The notes: generated from the sequence alone by a model not told the origin. A DNA stretch of 51,156 bases from Promethearchaeia archaeon (GCA_029856155.1 JAHQWL010000029.1:1-51156), one strand, 5' to 3'; positions 1 to 10,579 are shown, counted from the first letter of the stretch. Program-made: numbers and translations.

Positions 1-648
1 CCCTCTATCAATTTCAAAAATGGTTTCCCACCAACATTTATCACCAACATCATAAAAATAATTATTATAATCTCCAATCAATAATTGTAAGCAATCAGCT
101 CCATCAGATCCAGAATAAGCATCGTCAAAATAATTACCACTCATGTAATTAGTCTGACCTGTATCCATCGTTTTAAATGTCCAATTGGCAACATAATTAC
201 TATCATTATCGTCTCTAGCATCATTATTATCATCCGGACCAGCATGAAATGTTCCATTTATCCAATTTCTTGTATCATATAGATTTGTTATTGTGGAATT
301 TAATTGATATCCATTCCATCCATATAATTCTACTTGAGCATGAGTATCATCATAGGAATTATTATAAAAGCTTACTGCTAAATCAGTTTTTGTTCGATTA
401 GCATAGTGGGTTACGTTCCAAGGAGTGCCAATCCCGGTGAAAGTATTATCAACGGTTAGAGCTTGAGTTTTTAAATTTCTAACTCCTATATCTTCATTAA
501 TTGGTTCATTTTGATTAATAATACGATTTATATTAAAATTATTTGAAAAAGTAATAAAGATGAAACTAAAAAATAAGAATGACAATATTAAAACCTTCTT
601 TTTATTAATTCTATTAACCTGTAGATACCTATTCTTTTTTAGGGGCAA
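1..648 (-). CDS. 5' part of a large secreted or membrane-anchored protein (runs off the window edge)
   Basis: Manual translation from TTG at 648 (or GTG at 654): MPLKKNRYLQVNRINKKKVLILSFLFFSFIFITFS... This is a basic N-terminus plus a hydrophobic signal/TM segment, followed by N/D/T/W-rich sequence with many NxS/T sequons. The frame stays open to position 1. Not in the ORF track. Confidence 0.8.
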   Translation of the reverse strand, partial: MPLKKNRYLQVNRINKKKVLILSFLFFSFIFITFSNNFNINRIINQNEPINEDIGVRNLKTQALTVDNTFTGIGTPWNVTHYANRTKTDLAVSFYNNSYDDTHAQVELYGWNGYQLNSTITNLYDTRNWINGTFHAGPDDNNDARDDNDSNYVANWTFKTMDTGQTNYMSGNYFDDAYSGSDGADCLQLLIGDYNNYFYDVGDKCWWETIFEIDRG

Positions 649-872
649 TCTCACTCACTTCTTAAATTATAATATTATTTAATTCTATAAATCTAATTTA
701 AATTAATATTTAAAAGACTATCAATATATATATTATTAGAATAAAATATAAGATAATAATATCAATATGATATATTAAAATCTTTTTTGCTATTCTATAA
801 TTTTCAATATTAGTTATTATTTCATGGTTTAAATATCTAAATTATAACGGGGATATCTCAATAAATTTAGTT

Positions 873-1676
873 TTAAAAAATACTTCTTACAAATCCACCA
901 TCTACTTGAATAACTGTTCCAGTAATATAACTAGCTCTTTTAGAGGCTAAAAATACTACTAAATTTGCTAATTCCTCAGGTTTTCCTAATCGTCCTAATG
1001 GTATAGGATTTATCCATGTTTTCTCAACTTCATCATAAGATTTTCCTGTATTTTTTACTGTTGTGTTGATTAATTCTTTCATACGATCAGTAAGCGTTGG
1101 TCCAGGACATACAACATTTACTAAAATGTTATTTTTTCCATATTCATTGGCTAATGTTTTAGCAAACCCAACGACACCCAATCGAGTAGTATTAGATAAC
1201 ACCAAATTTTCCAATGGTTGTTTAACGGATACAGAGGTTATAGCAATAATTCGTCCATTCTCTTGCTTTTTCATGATAGGAAGAACTAAATCAGTTATCT
1301 GAATAAATGAACGTAAATTTAAATCAATTGAATTTGACCAATCTTCTTTCGTAATCTTACTAATAGGTCCTGAAGGGGGTCCACCAGCATTATGAATAAG
1401 AATATCTATCCTCCCAAATTCTTTCAAAGTTTGTTCCACAAGACTCTTTATTTGATCTTCATACATTAAATCTGCAACGACTGGAAAAACCCGATTATTT
1501 AAATTAACTGATTCTAAAGATTCAATTTGCTCCTTTGCATTATTTAAATTATCTTTAGAACGGCTACAAATTACTACATTAACACCCTCCTCGTAAAGCC
1601 CACTAGCACAAGCTAGCCCTAATCCTTTACTAGATGCCAATACTAAAGCAACTTTATTTTCTAACTCTAAATTCAT
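873..1676 (-). CDS. SDR-family oxidoreductase (FabG-like)
   Basis: ASSKGLG nucleotide-binding motif, HNAGGPP, SNTTR in place of YxxxK, NVVCPGPTLT and the C-terminal ITGTVIQVDGG. ATG at 1676 is the likely start (track start 1682). Confidence 0.9.
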   Translation of the reverse strand: MNLELENKVALVLASSKGLGLACASGLYEEGVNVVICSRSKDNLNNAKEQIESLESVNLNNRVFPVVADLMYEDQIKSLVEQTLKEFGRIDILIHNAGGPPSGPISKITKEDWSNSIDLNLRSFIQITDLVLPIMKKQENGRIIAITSVSVKQPLENLVLSNTTRLGVVGFAKTLANEYGKNNILVNVVCPGPTLTDRMKELINTTVKNTGKSYDEVEKTWINPIPLGRLGKPEELANLVVFLASKRASYITGTVIQVDGGFVRSIF

Positions 1677-1694
1677 AATCAATAACCTCTATAG

Positions 1695-1865
1695 TTATTT
1701 GGAATCTGAAATGAAATTGGCAAAAATAGCGCATTTATTATAAAATGTGTTACATCTATTACAATTTTCAGCAATTATACAATCCTTTGCGGAAGGACAA
1801 GTAATATTTCTTTTATCTAATTTTATCTTTACTCGGTGTAATCTCTTTTCTATTTCATTTTTCAT
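1695..1865 (-). CDS. small Cys-rich hypothetical protein (56 aa)
   Basis: MKNEIEKRLHRVKIKLDKRNITCPSAKDCIIAENCNRCNTFYNKCAIFANFISDSK*. It has 5 Cys and lies just upstream of the SDR gene in the same orientation. Below the ORF-track length cutoff. Confidence 0.65.
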   Translation of the reverse strand: MKNEIEKRLHRVKIKLDKRNITCPSAKDCIIAENCNRCNTFYNKCAIFANFISDSK

Positions 1866-2141
1866 AGGTGAAAACCTTGTTTAAGAGCAGTTCTCTATTC
1901 TGATTTTATTTCTGAATATACTTACATTTTAATAATATAAGAAAATAAGCTTCCATTAAAATTATTAGGATCTTAGTATACTAATTAATAGAACTTGCAC
2001 GTAGAAATTTCAATTTCCTAAATTTCAGATGACAGATTTTAAAAAGATAATTTTATAAATTCAAATAATTATAATAGTTTTAAAGATTGAAGAATATATT
2101 ATAATCATTATACAAAAAATAAGATAAAAAGGTGTGTAGCG

Positions 2142-2597
2142 ATGAGTATTGACACCAAAAGTTTCGATAACATTCTCAGTAAAATAATTAAAAGCGAGAG
2201 TGGTATTAAAAAGGTAATATTGGTTGATAGAACGGGTCTTACTATTGCAAGTGTCTCTAAATTCTCATACTTCCCTGCCGATGTTGATGGGATTGGTGCT
2301 ATTGCGAGCGCTGTCTTCTGTGCTAGTGAAGAACAAGGTAAGAATCTGGAATTAGGCAATCTTGAAATTGTAACATCAGAATTTGGTGGAGGTAAGATTT
2401 TTGCATCAAGTTGTGGCCCTAAGGGAGTACTTACACTTATCTCAGATCCAGACATTAATATTGGTTTGATTCGATTAATTTTAAAGAGATCTGGTGATGA
2501 GCTAAAAGATATTTTGGATGAATTTTTATCAGAGACTATGGAAGTTATGGACAGTGGTTTAGATTTATCCGATCTCGACTCACTCACACCTGATTAA
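2142..2597 (+). CDS. roadblock/LC7 (MglB-like) domain protein
   Basis: Pattern VILVDRTGLTIAS...GAIASAVFCASEEQGKNLELGNL...LTLISDPDINIGLIRL, with an acidic tail. Confidence 0.85.
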   Translation: MSIDTKSFDNILSKIIKSESGIKKVILVDRTGLTIASVSKFSYFPADVDGIGAIASAVFCASEEQGKNLELGNLEIVTSEFGGGKIFASSCGPKGVLTLISDPDINIGLIRLILKRSGDELKDILDEFLSETMEVMDSGLDLSDLDSLTPD

Positions 2598-2771
2598 GAT
2601 AAGCAACTTTTTTCGCTAATTCTTTTTATTTAAAGTTGTAAATAGTCTTACAATTAATCTTTATTGAATTAGTTGTATTTTAATGGTATTATTCTAAGTT
2701 TTTATATGAATTTACAAAAATAAGAAAAAATATTCACAAAACTTTTTCAAGAGTATATTCCAAAAAAATTT

Positions 2772-3719
2772 ATGACATTTGATTTTGTTAAAAAATTGGA
2801 TTTTGAGTCGGACTTCTTTGACTTGTATAAACTCTCAGAAAGTGCATATGGAGCTATTGGTAAAGAAAATTCTGGTATGGGAGGGAATGCGGGATTTATT
2901 GATATTGGAGATTATTTGATAATGATCGATACTACTGGAGATGTAGATGCTGCTAAAGATTTAAAGAAAGCTGCTACACAATTTACTCAAAAAGAGCCTA
3001 ATTTTATTGTGATAACTCATTATCACATGGATCATCTTATGGGAACCTCTCTATTTGATATATCAACTCAAATAATGACATCTGATCGAACTTTAAGGAA
3101 TATTCAAACAGTTGGCAGAAAAAGACTTGAAGAATTTAAGAATATGGATTTAATAGAGATAGAAGAATCTCTTAAAACAGAAAAAGACGAGGAAAAAAGA
3201 AAAGATATTGAAAATGATCTTAAATTTTTTAAAACAATCCGTTCAGATAGTTTTTTAATTCGAGAACCCAATCTAACTTTCAAAGAAGGTTGTGTTATCC
3301 ATGGAGATGAAGCAAGTGTTCACATGCGAGTGTTTAAAAAAGCTCATACAGATGGTGATGTTATTGTGTATATCCCCGAAGAAAAAATACTTTATGCAGG
3401 AGATTTATTATTTGCAAAAAGTGATCCTTGGTTAGGTTCTGGCAATCCTGAAGGATGGATCTCTGTAAATGATGAAATACTGAAGCTTGATTTTAAAGTT
3501 GCTGTTCCAGGTCACGGAGATTTATCATCAAAAGAATTATTTTCCCTAGAAAATAAATACATAAGGGAAATAATTGATTTAGTAAAAAAACGGATTGATT
3601 CAGGAGAAGATCCAACCCAAATAAAAAGAGAGGATTTCTCTGAAGAGATACAATCTTGGAAAAGTCCAGTATTAGAAATGAATCTTAAATTCCTTACTGA
3701 AATGTTGAAAAAATCTTAA
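2772..3719 (+). CDS. MBL-fold metallo-hydrolase (cyclase-like)
   Basis: THYHMDH, AHTDGD, YAGDL and VPGHG motifs. Confidence 0.9.
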   Translation: MTFDFVKKLDFESDFFDLYKLSESAYGAIGKENSGMGGNAGFIDIGDYLIMIDTTGDVDAAKDLKKAATQFTQKEPNFIVITHYHMDHLMGTSLFDISTQIMTSDRTLRNIQTVGRKRLEEFKNMDLIEIEESLKTEKDEEKRKDIENDLKFFKTIRSDSFLIREPNLTFKEGCVIHGDEASVHMRVFKKAHTDGDVIVYIPEEKILYAGDLLFAKSDPWLGSGNPEGWISVNDEILKLDFKVAVPGHGDLSSKELFSLENKYIREIIDLVKKRIDSGEDPTQIKREDFSEEIQSWKSPVLEMNLKFLTEMLKKS

Positions 3720-3920
3720 TAAATATTTTGTTTTTATATAAATATTGAGTTCATTTATTATTTTTAACTATTCAGTTTAATTAATCCAATTTGAGTTAAT
3801 TTTTTTCTAAATGGAAATAATAAGTTCAACTACTAGGAATAGTTCATTTGAAGTTCATGAAATCAATCTATATATAAATTTATTACATTTTATCAATTAC
3901 TTAACCAATTTTGATAAATT

Positions 3921-4775
3921 TTGTTGAAAAATGATATGAATTACAAAAGAATAGATTTTGAATCGACTTATTTTGATCTTTTCGAATTATCAGAAGGTGT
4001 TTATGCTACAATATCTAAAAAAGATTCTGGAGCCAGCGTAAATGCTGGATTTTTTGATTTAGGAAATTATATAATTGTTTTTGATACTCATATATATCCA
4101 GGCGCTGCTCGCGATTTACATAATGCAATAATAGAATTATATGATAAAGATCCATCATTTATTATTAATAGCCACTTTCATATTGATCACATATTAGGTA
4201 ATTGCCTCTTTCCAGAGAGTATTCCAATTATGAGTACCCAAGTTACATTGGAAAAAATTAAAGAAGTGAGTTTTGATCAACTTAAACGTTATCGGGAAAC
4301 GGCAGAAGAAGAAATTTTAAAACGTAAGGAAATGTTAAATTCTGAAGATGCTCCTTTTGGCGAGATTGAAATATATAATGATTTAGAATTCTATAAATAT
4401 GTTACAGATCCAAATTTCAAAATTATATTACCAAATTTCTTGATTAAAGATGAAATTATAATAAATGGAATAAACAAGACTGTTCATCTGATTCCTTGCG
4501 GTGTTGGACATACGGAATCTGATATTTTAGCTTATTTTCCGAATGAAAAAATTTGCTTTATGGGAGATTTATTATTTGCAAATTTGGATGATAGCTGGGC
4601 ACCAAGTGAATCTGGAAGGTTTAATGCTGTTGATCCACCAAAACTATACGAAATTTTAAAGGCTATTATAGAGAAAGATATTAAGATATTTGTGCCCGGA
4701 CATGGAGAATTATCTACCAAAGATGCAGTTCAGATGAATATGGACTTTATAAAAGAGAACTTTCTTAAAACATAG
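3921..4775 (+). CDS. MBL-fold metallo-hydrolase, paralog of the upstream gene
   Basis: SHFHIDH, GHTESD, FMGDL and VPGHG motifs. The N-terminus (DFESTYFDLFELSE) matches the upstream paralog. The true start may be the ATG a few codons downstream. Confidence 0.9.
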   Translation: MLKNDMNYKRIDFESTYFDLFELSEGVYATISKKDSGASVNAGFFDLGNYIIVFDTHIYPGAARDLHNAIIELYDKDPSFIINSHFHIDHILGNCLFPESIPIMSTQVTLEKIKEVSFDQLKRYRETAEEEILKRKEMLNSEDAPFGEIEIYNDLEFYKYVTDPNFKIILPNFLIKDEIIINGINKTVHLIPCGVGHTESDILAYFPNEKICFMGDLLFANLDDSWAPSESGRFNAVDPPKLYEILKAIIEKDIKIFVPGHGELSTKDAVQMNMDFIKENFLKT

Positions 4776-4795
4776 CCACTCTCTTTGAAAAAAGA

Positions 4796-5842
4796 TTAAA
4801 AAGGTTTACTTCCTTTCACAATTTTATAGTACCGATCGCGCTCTTCTCGCACAATTTTAATATCATTTTGCAAATCTGTTAATAATCGTCTCATATTCTC
4901 CTTTTCGTTAGTTGCTCCCAATATTTTATCTTTTAATTGGTTGATCTCGAGTTCTAAATTCGGAATCGACTCACTATCCCTCTTTGCTTTTAAGAGCTGA
5001 AATTTCAAATTTTTATTTGTTTCGTTTAATTTATTAATTTCTTGATTTAATTTTTCATTATCCTTTTTAATTTTTCTAATTTCTATGAGGATTTTTTCAG
5101 CACCTTTTTCAATTTCAACCGTATCTCCTATTTTTGCTTTCAAATTATTGATTCGTTCCTCTTTCTGATCTAATGCTAATTTTTGCACATTTGTTAATCT
5201 AGTTAATTCTCTATTTTTTGAAGTTAAGTTTGCATTATATTCATTTAAATCAGCCATTTGACCACTCCAATTTTCTAATTTTGAATATAACTCGGCAACT
5301 TCAAGTTTCAGAGCTTCTACGTTTCTAAGATGTTCTGATCTATCGGAAACTAATAAAGAAACTTTTTGAGCTAAATCATCAATTCTTCCCTTTTTCTCTC
5401 CTATTTCATGTTCAAATTCCCGTCTTTCCTGCCAATAAGCATCAAGTTCCCCTCTTTCTAGCAATTGATAAGATTTAAAAAACAGGTCTTTGAACTTTTT
5501 ATCTTTTCTTTTAGGTAATAATTCATAAGCGATTCTTCGTACTTGACCTTCAAAATTTCTTGGAAGGATGTCCTCGTCAGAAAGAAACACTGTAATAACA
5601 TGATCTCCTTTTCCAATAAAGTGCCTTGAAGAATGACCTGTAAAAAAACTTGCAACACTAAGATCGCGTTTTATTTGCATTTCTAAATAATTAGGGCCTG
5701 TCCTTATCCTCTTGTGTTCCTCAAAAACTGTAGTCAACATTGATTCTGTTACTCCTAACTCCTCACATACATTTTGTGGATATTCAATATCTTTAGATAA
5801 TTCTGATTTTTTACCAAGATTTAGAATCACAATTCCTTTCAA
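4796..5842 (-). CDS. hypothetical protein: N-terminal alpha/beta (longin/uDENN-like?) domain plus long coiled coil
   Basis: About 135 aa globular N-terminus, then about 200 aa of heptad-rich K/E/L/N sequence. Confidence 0.75.
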   Translation of the reverse strand: MKGIVILNLGKKSELSKDIEYPQNVCEELGVTESMLTTVFEEHKRIRTGPNYLEMQIKRDLSVASFFTGHSSRHFIGKGDHVITVFLSDEDILPRNFEGQVRRIAYELLPKRKDKKFKDLFFKSYQLLERGELDAYWQERREFEHEIGEKKGRIDDLAQKVSLLVSDRSEHLRNVEALKLEVAELYSKLENWSGQMADLNEYNANLTSKNRELTRLTNVQKLALDQKEERINNLKAKIGDTVEIEKGAEKILIEIRKIKKDNEKLNQEINKLNETNKNLKFQLLKAKRDSESIPNLELEINQLKDKILGATNEKENMRRLLTDLQNDIKIVREERDRYYKIVKGSKPF

Positions 5843-6034
5843 GATATAATCTCTAATAATTACTCAATTATTTAATTCCTAATATGCAAATATAATGTTT
5901 ATTTCAATATTAATTAAGAATATCAAATTTTTTAAAATTGTTATAAATTATTAATGCATTTCAAAAAAATTGATCAAATAATCTGCATAAAAGCTTAACT
6001 TTAAAATGATAAAGTCTATAAATTTTTTGCGAAT

Positions 6035-6207
6035 ATGAATATTGACGAAGTATGTAGAGAATATTACTGTAGAGTTTGTAATGATATGCATAAAATTAAA
6101 TTACGTAAGAATCTGATTAAAACACATACTAAATTTCCTTTTCCACACATCTTTCTTCATGGAAAATTAAAAAATCTTATAACAACTCTTTATATAGATA
6201 AAGTCTC
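6035..6207 (+). pseudogene. probable truncated gene (CxxC...H Zn-ribbon-like N-terminus)
   Basis: The first ~56 codons look protein-like (YYCRVCNDMH...FPFPHIFLHG...TTLYIDK). The rest of ORF 6035-6400 is only the antisense of the kinase C-terminus. Confidence 0.5.
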
Positions 6208-8400
6208 TCAAATTTCTTCATTTTTTCTTATAGGGAGTAAAAGAAAGAAAATACTTCCTTTATTTTGTCCCTCAGATTTAACCCAGATTTTACCTCCATG
6301 TAAATCTATTATTTCTTTTGAAAGATGCAAACCTAATCCAATACCCTCAGAGATAATATCCCACCCTTTTCCATATCTCTCAATTTTACCAAAGGGTTGA
6401 AAGATTTGACTTATTTCTTCTTTTTGTAATCCTATTCCATTATCTTTAATTGAAATTAATATTGACTGTCTCTTAATCTTGGATTGGATAGTAATATTTC
6501 CTCCTCTAGGAGTATATTTTATAGCATTTATTAATAAATTAGCTATTACAGTATGAATTTTTTCTTTATCAATATAATTCAATAATTCATTATGAATTAG
6601 TAGATTAACCTCGTGATTTCTTAATTTAATTAGACCTTCCATTTCTAAGATACAATCTCTTATTATATTTGATATATTTTCATGAGTTAAATTTAGTTTT
6701 ACTAAGAATTTATCTAATTCTGAGCTTTCAATAAATTGATTTATAAGCAAATTCAATTTATCTGCTCCTTCTTTAACTTTTTCCAGAAAAGTTACCGCTT
6801 TTTCATCTAGTTTATCCCTATTTTCTGCTAATAAAAGGTCAGAAAATCCCTTAATAGATATAAGAGGAGTTTTGAATTCATGTGAGGTTCTCGTTAATAA
6901 ATTTGATTTTATTTCTTCTAATTCTTTCCTTTCCGTAATATCTTGTAACCATAATCTTAAATGTGTTAATTCGCCTTTAGTATTATAGTGATGAAGTGTT
7001 CTTCCCGATAACCAAATTATTTTCCCTTCCTTGTTAATAATTCTAAACTCTATATTTTTATCTTCAGGTGATTTTCTAATATCATCAATTTTTATTGGAT
7101 ATATCACATTATACACTAAATTTTCATCTCGCATCTCCTCAAGTGTATATCCAATAAGGCCTAATAATCTAGGATTTATATATACAATCCCCCCTTTTTT
7201 TATGTCGATCTCCAATAAACCCATTGATGATGTCTCTATTAAATTACGGTATTTCTCTTCCGATTCTTTTAATTTTTCTTCAATTATTTTACGATTAGTA
7301 ATATCTCTAATAAACAATACTGCTTGATCAGCTGTAAAGTAAAATATTCTAGCTTCAAAGTAAATTTTTTTGCCTTTAATTGACAAGGAATATTCTAATA
7401 TTCTTGGATTTTTACTTTCTAAGGTTTCTTGAATTGCATCTAAAAACAAATTTGCTTCTTTTTTTGGTAAAATATTAAGAAGATTTTTTCCTAAAAATAC
7501 TTCTGGTGTGGTATACAAAAAGTTGGGATTTCCTTTATATTCCAGATAGCTGCCATCCTTTCCTATAAGGAAAAATAAATCAGGGACAGCTTCAATTATT
7601 CCACGATATTTTTCTTCAGAATCTATTAATTTTTGCTCCGTTAATTTACGTTCAGTTATGTCTTGTATTATTAATTGTATGAATGTTTTGCTTTTAATCT
7701 CTATTAAGAAAGCTTGAATATGTGCCCATTTTAAACAATTCTTCTTATCATAAAACTGAAGTTCAAAGTTTTTTAAAGTTCCTTTTAATAAGAGTTCTTT
7801 AAATTTTTCTATAACTAAAGGAAAATTTCCTGCATAATTTTTATCAAAATTTTTAAAGTTTTTTCCTATTATGTTCGATTTCTTCTCTCCAGTAAATTTT
7901 AATAAAGCTTTATTAACCTCGATAATATTACCACTTAAATTCATTAGTACTATCATATTCAGGGAATTATTGAATAAATACTTATATCCTTCTTTAGATT
8001 GCTTTATTTTTTCCTCAATGTCTTTGAATCTTCTTATACTTTTTAAACTGAAAATTATTCTTATTTGGGCATTTTTCTCTTCAAACCTTTTGATTTTAAG
8101 TTCAAAACAGGAAAAATCATTGTTTTTACTTTTTATTCTTATTTCTGGTATAATAGCATTGGGTTTAGCCCATTTATTTAAAACCTTAATAACCATTTTA
8201 GCATCATCAGGATGAGTCAGATCAATAAAGTTTGTTCCTATAATTTCTACAGGATTATATCCTAATTCATTATTAATATAAGGATTAACATATAGGATAG
8301 TCCCATTTACATTTAATTCTCCTAAAATATCCATACAGTTGTTTATAAGAAAATGATATCGATCTTCATTAGAATCTGATGATATCTCACCATTTAACAA
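6208..8400 (-). CDS. multi-PAS sensor histidine kinase
   Basis: About four PAS repeats ending in DITERK-type linkers, H-box SHEFKTPL, N-box NLLINAIKY, G1 DNGIG and G2 GIGLGL. The start is uncertain (see the A11 tract finding). Confidence 0.93.
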   Translation of the reverse strand: MLNGEISSDSNEDRYHFLINNCMDILGELNVNGTILYVNPYINNELGYNPVEIIGTNFIDLTHPDDAKMVIKVLNKWAKPNAIIPEIRIKSKNNDFSCFELKIKRFEEKNAQIRIIFSLKSIRRFKDIEEKIKQSKEGYKYLFNNSLNMIVLMNLSGNIIEVNKALLKFTGEKKSNIIGKNFKNFDKNYAGNFPLVIEKFKELLLKGTLKNFELQFYDKKNCLKWAHIQAFLIEIKSKTFIQLIIQDITERKLTEQKLIDSEEKYRGIIEAVPDLFFLIGKDGSYLEYKGNPNFLYTTPEVFLGKNLLNILPKKEANLFLDAIQETLESKNPRILEYSLSIKGKKIYFEARIFYFTADQAVLFIRDITNRKIIEEKLKESEEKYRNLIETSSMGLLEIDIKKGGIVYINPRLLGLIGYTLEEMRDENLVYNVIYPIKIDDIRKSPEDKNIEFRIINKEGKIIWLSGRTLHHYNTKGELTHLRLWLQDITERKELEEIKSNLLTRTSHEFKTPLISIKGFSDLLLAENRDKLDEKAVTFLEKVKEGADKLNLLINQFIESSELDKFLVKLNLTHENISNIIRDCILEMEGLIKLRNHEVNLLIHNELLNYIDKEKIHTVIANLLINAIKYTPRGGNITIQSKIKRQSILISIKDNGIGLQKEEISQIFQPFGKIERYGKGWDIISEGIGLGLHLSKEIIDLHGGKIWVKSEGQNKGSIFFLLLPIRKNEEI

Positions 8401-8768
8401 GTTTTCTTCTCCTATTTTTTTTTTTACTCATAAAATATTTCTATCCTTTTAATATTAATAGTTCAAATATAAAAAACTAAATTTTTACTTTGAGTCGATT
8501 GGTGATAATATATAAAGTAAATTTGATATTTAAATTGACATGTGATATAAGAATCTTAATTGTCAATAAGGCTTAATGATTACACCAGAACAATCATAAA
8601 AGTTAAATCTGTGAATCTTCTCTAATTTATTAAGCTTTAACAATAAGTTTTACAAAAAGTTAGAATTCTTTACTACTAAATTTTAATATGTAAAATCTTA
8701 TTCAAAAATCTTGTAATAGATTTTATACAAATTAGATCTTCACTAAAATGTCTAAATTAATATTTGTT

Positions 8769-10316
8769 TCATGCATAAATATGTGTAAATGTGTCTAATG
8801 TTTTTGCCATATCTGTAGCTAAATAATTTTGCTTAAATACTGACGCAAAGAAAGCACGATCATCTGGATTGAAATATTTATATCCAAATTTTTTCCATTC
8901 AATATTCGCATTCAATGGTGCAAAAAGAGAAATCCGATCTTTCACTATATTCATCAATAGTAATTTTCTTTCTTGTTTAGTATTATTAGATATGATATTT
9001 AATAAAATATCTTCGCTAAAAAAATCCCAAGAATCTTTAAATTGAATACAGAATTTTTTAATGTCTAATTTATTATCTACTATTAATTTTGCTAAAACCA
9101 CTAATGACATATCATAAGTACTCATCTTGTTTTCATCAAATAATGGGTTAGAAAGGATTAAGCTAGGGGTGACTTTTTGTTCTTTCTGAATTTGAGGAAG
9201 ATTATACTCTGGTAAAAGCCTTAATTGATTTAACCCGAGGATATTTCTAATATCTGCAACAGTTCCCCCAGTATCAAAGAATTGTTTATTAATAATATAT
9301 TTTATCAATTTTTGAGCATGAGCATCTCCAAAATATGGATAATCTGAAGCAAAGAGGATATATTCAGACCAATCTCGATTATCCACACTTTTTTTGTTAT
9401 TAGATTGAAACCATTTTCTAAAGCTTTCAAAGAAATTTCCTGCACCTTCTCCATGCAACATTGAAAGATCTCCATATATATTTGGTTGAACAATAGTATT
9501 ATACACTTCATAATCATCAATATTTCCTTGGGCAAAATGAGCAATTATAACTTTAAAATGAGGCAATAAATCGGGATATTTGGACTGAATTACATTTCTA
9601 GCAGATCTTACTAATTTACCAATTTCTAAGATAGATCCTCTACCTCTTGTATCAAAAATTACTGGCAGAGAATAGCTTGCCGCTTCTACAAGAACGTTAA
9701 TTACTTTTTCAGAAGTTATTTTATCTATATATCCTTCTGATCGAGGATGCAATTTTAACCCGCGAAGTCCTAATGTTTCTCTTATATACTTCACTTCATT
9801 TACAGCTTTTTGCCCCTCCATTGGATCACAGCGACCATATCCAATTAATTTCATAGAAAAAGGGAATCTTGTAGTAAAACGTGAGACGTTAATATTACTT
9901 GCTCTATATAGCGCTTCGGGATGTTTATCTCTAAACACATCTTGAAACGGAAAGCATACCCCTTGATCTATGAACGAATAAAACTTAGATTTTGCTTTTA
10001 AATCAGAATGACTCTTTCCGAGTTTTTCAAGTTCAGAGTAAAGTCTGTCAGTAAAAGGAAAAGGAGTGAACGACCATGAGATTTTTGTAAATTTCCCCTC
10101 CATTGTAGTTGTAAAAGATTGTTCCCCTGTCTTCTCCCAATCTGCTTTTATTCTACCTTGCACATTACCCCAAAAATCAAAAGTTCCCGCTCCTGGAGCT
10201 AAAGGATTCATCATTGTAGCACCATCAACATCCTGACCTAAATGGGAGTGAGCATCAACGACAAGTAAATGTTCTACTTGTTTTTTTCCGTCTTGTTCTA
10301 TTGTACACGTTAGCAT
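8769..10316 (-). CDS. amidohydrolase family protein (Amidohydro_2-like) with C-terminal extension
   Basis: DAHSHLG, GLKLHP, IIAHF and LFASDYPY motifs. Confidence 0.85.
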   Translation of the reverse strand: MLTCTIEQDGKKQVEHLLVVDAHSHLGQDVDGATMMNPLAPGAGTFDFWGNVQGRIKADWEKTGEQSFTTTMEGKFTKISWSFTPFPFTDRLYSELEKLGKSHSDLKAKSKFYSFIDQGVCFPFQDVFRDKHPEALYRASNINVSRFTTRFPFSMKLIGYGRCDPMEGQKAVNEVKYIRETLGLRGLKLHPRSEGYIDKITSEKVINVLVEAASYSLPVIFDTRGRGSILEIGKLVRSARNVIQSKYPDLLPHFKVIIAHFAQGNIDDYEVYNTIVQPNIYGDLSMLHGEGAGNFFESFRKWFQSNNKKSVDNRDWSEYILFASDYPYFGDAHAQKLIKYIINKQFFDTGGTVADIRNILGLNQLRLLPEYNLPQIQKEQKVTPSLILSNPLFDENKMSTYDMSLVVLAKLIVDNKLDIKKFCIQFKDSWDFFSEDILLNIISNNTKQERKLLLMNIVKDRISLFAPLNANIEWKKFGYKYFNPDDRAFFASVFKQNYLATDMAKTLDTFTHIYA

Positions 10317-10579
10317 AAAAAAACCAATAATTGTTATTGTTTAGAAATTAGTAATAATTCCCTAATTAAAACTTACTTATTAATGCATTTTCGTGCAAAT
10401 TAATTCAAAATTAAATAAATTAATGAAGAAAAAAACAATTTTTTATTTTACTTTTACTATTCTAACGAGATTAATCGTAATCATTATAGTTTTATAGCTT
10501 AAATAAGACTTTTCTATTCTTGTGAATTTATGTTTTATATTTAGTAAATCTTTAAAATAAAGACCTTTTCATTTATAGA

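Noticed and set aside
2108-2587. 159-aa minus-strand ORF and the other short antisense or nested ORFs in the track (e.g. 1063, 7031, 7871, 11080, 22074, 26179, 50337)
   Set aside because: They are shadows of well-supported genes on the opposite strand or in another frame, with no motifs of their own.
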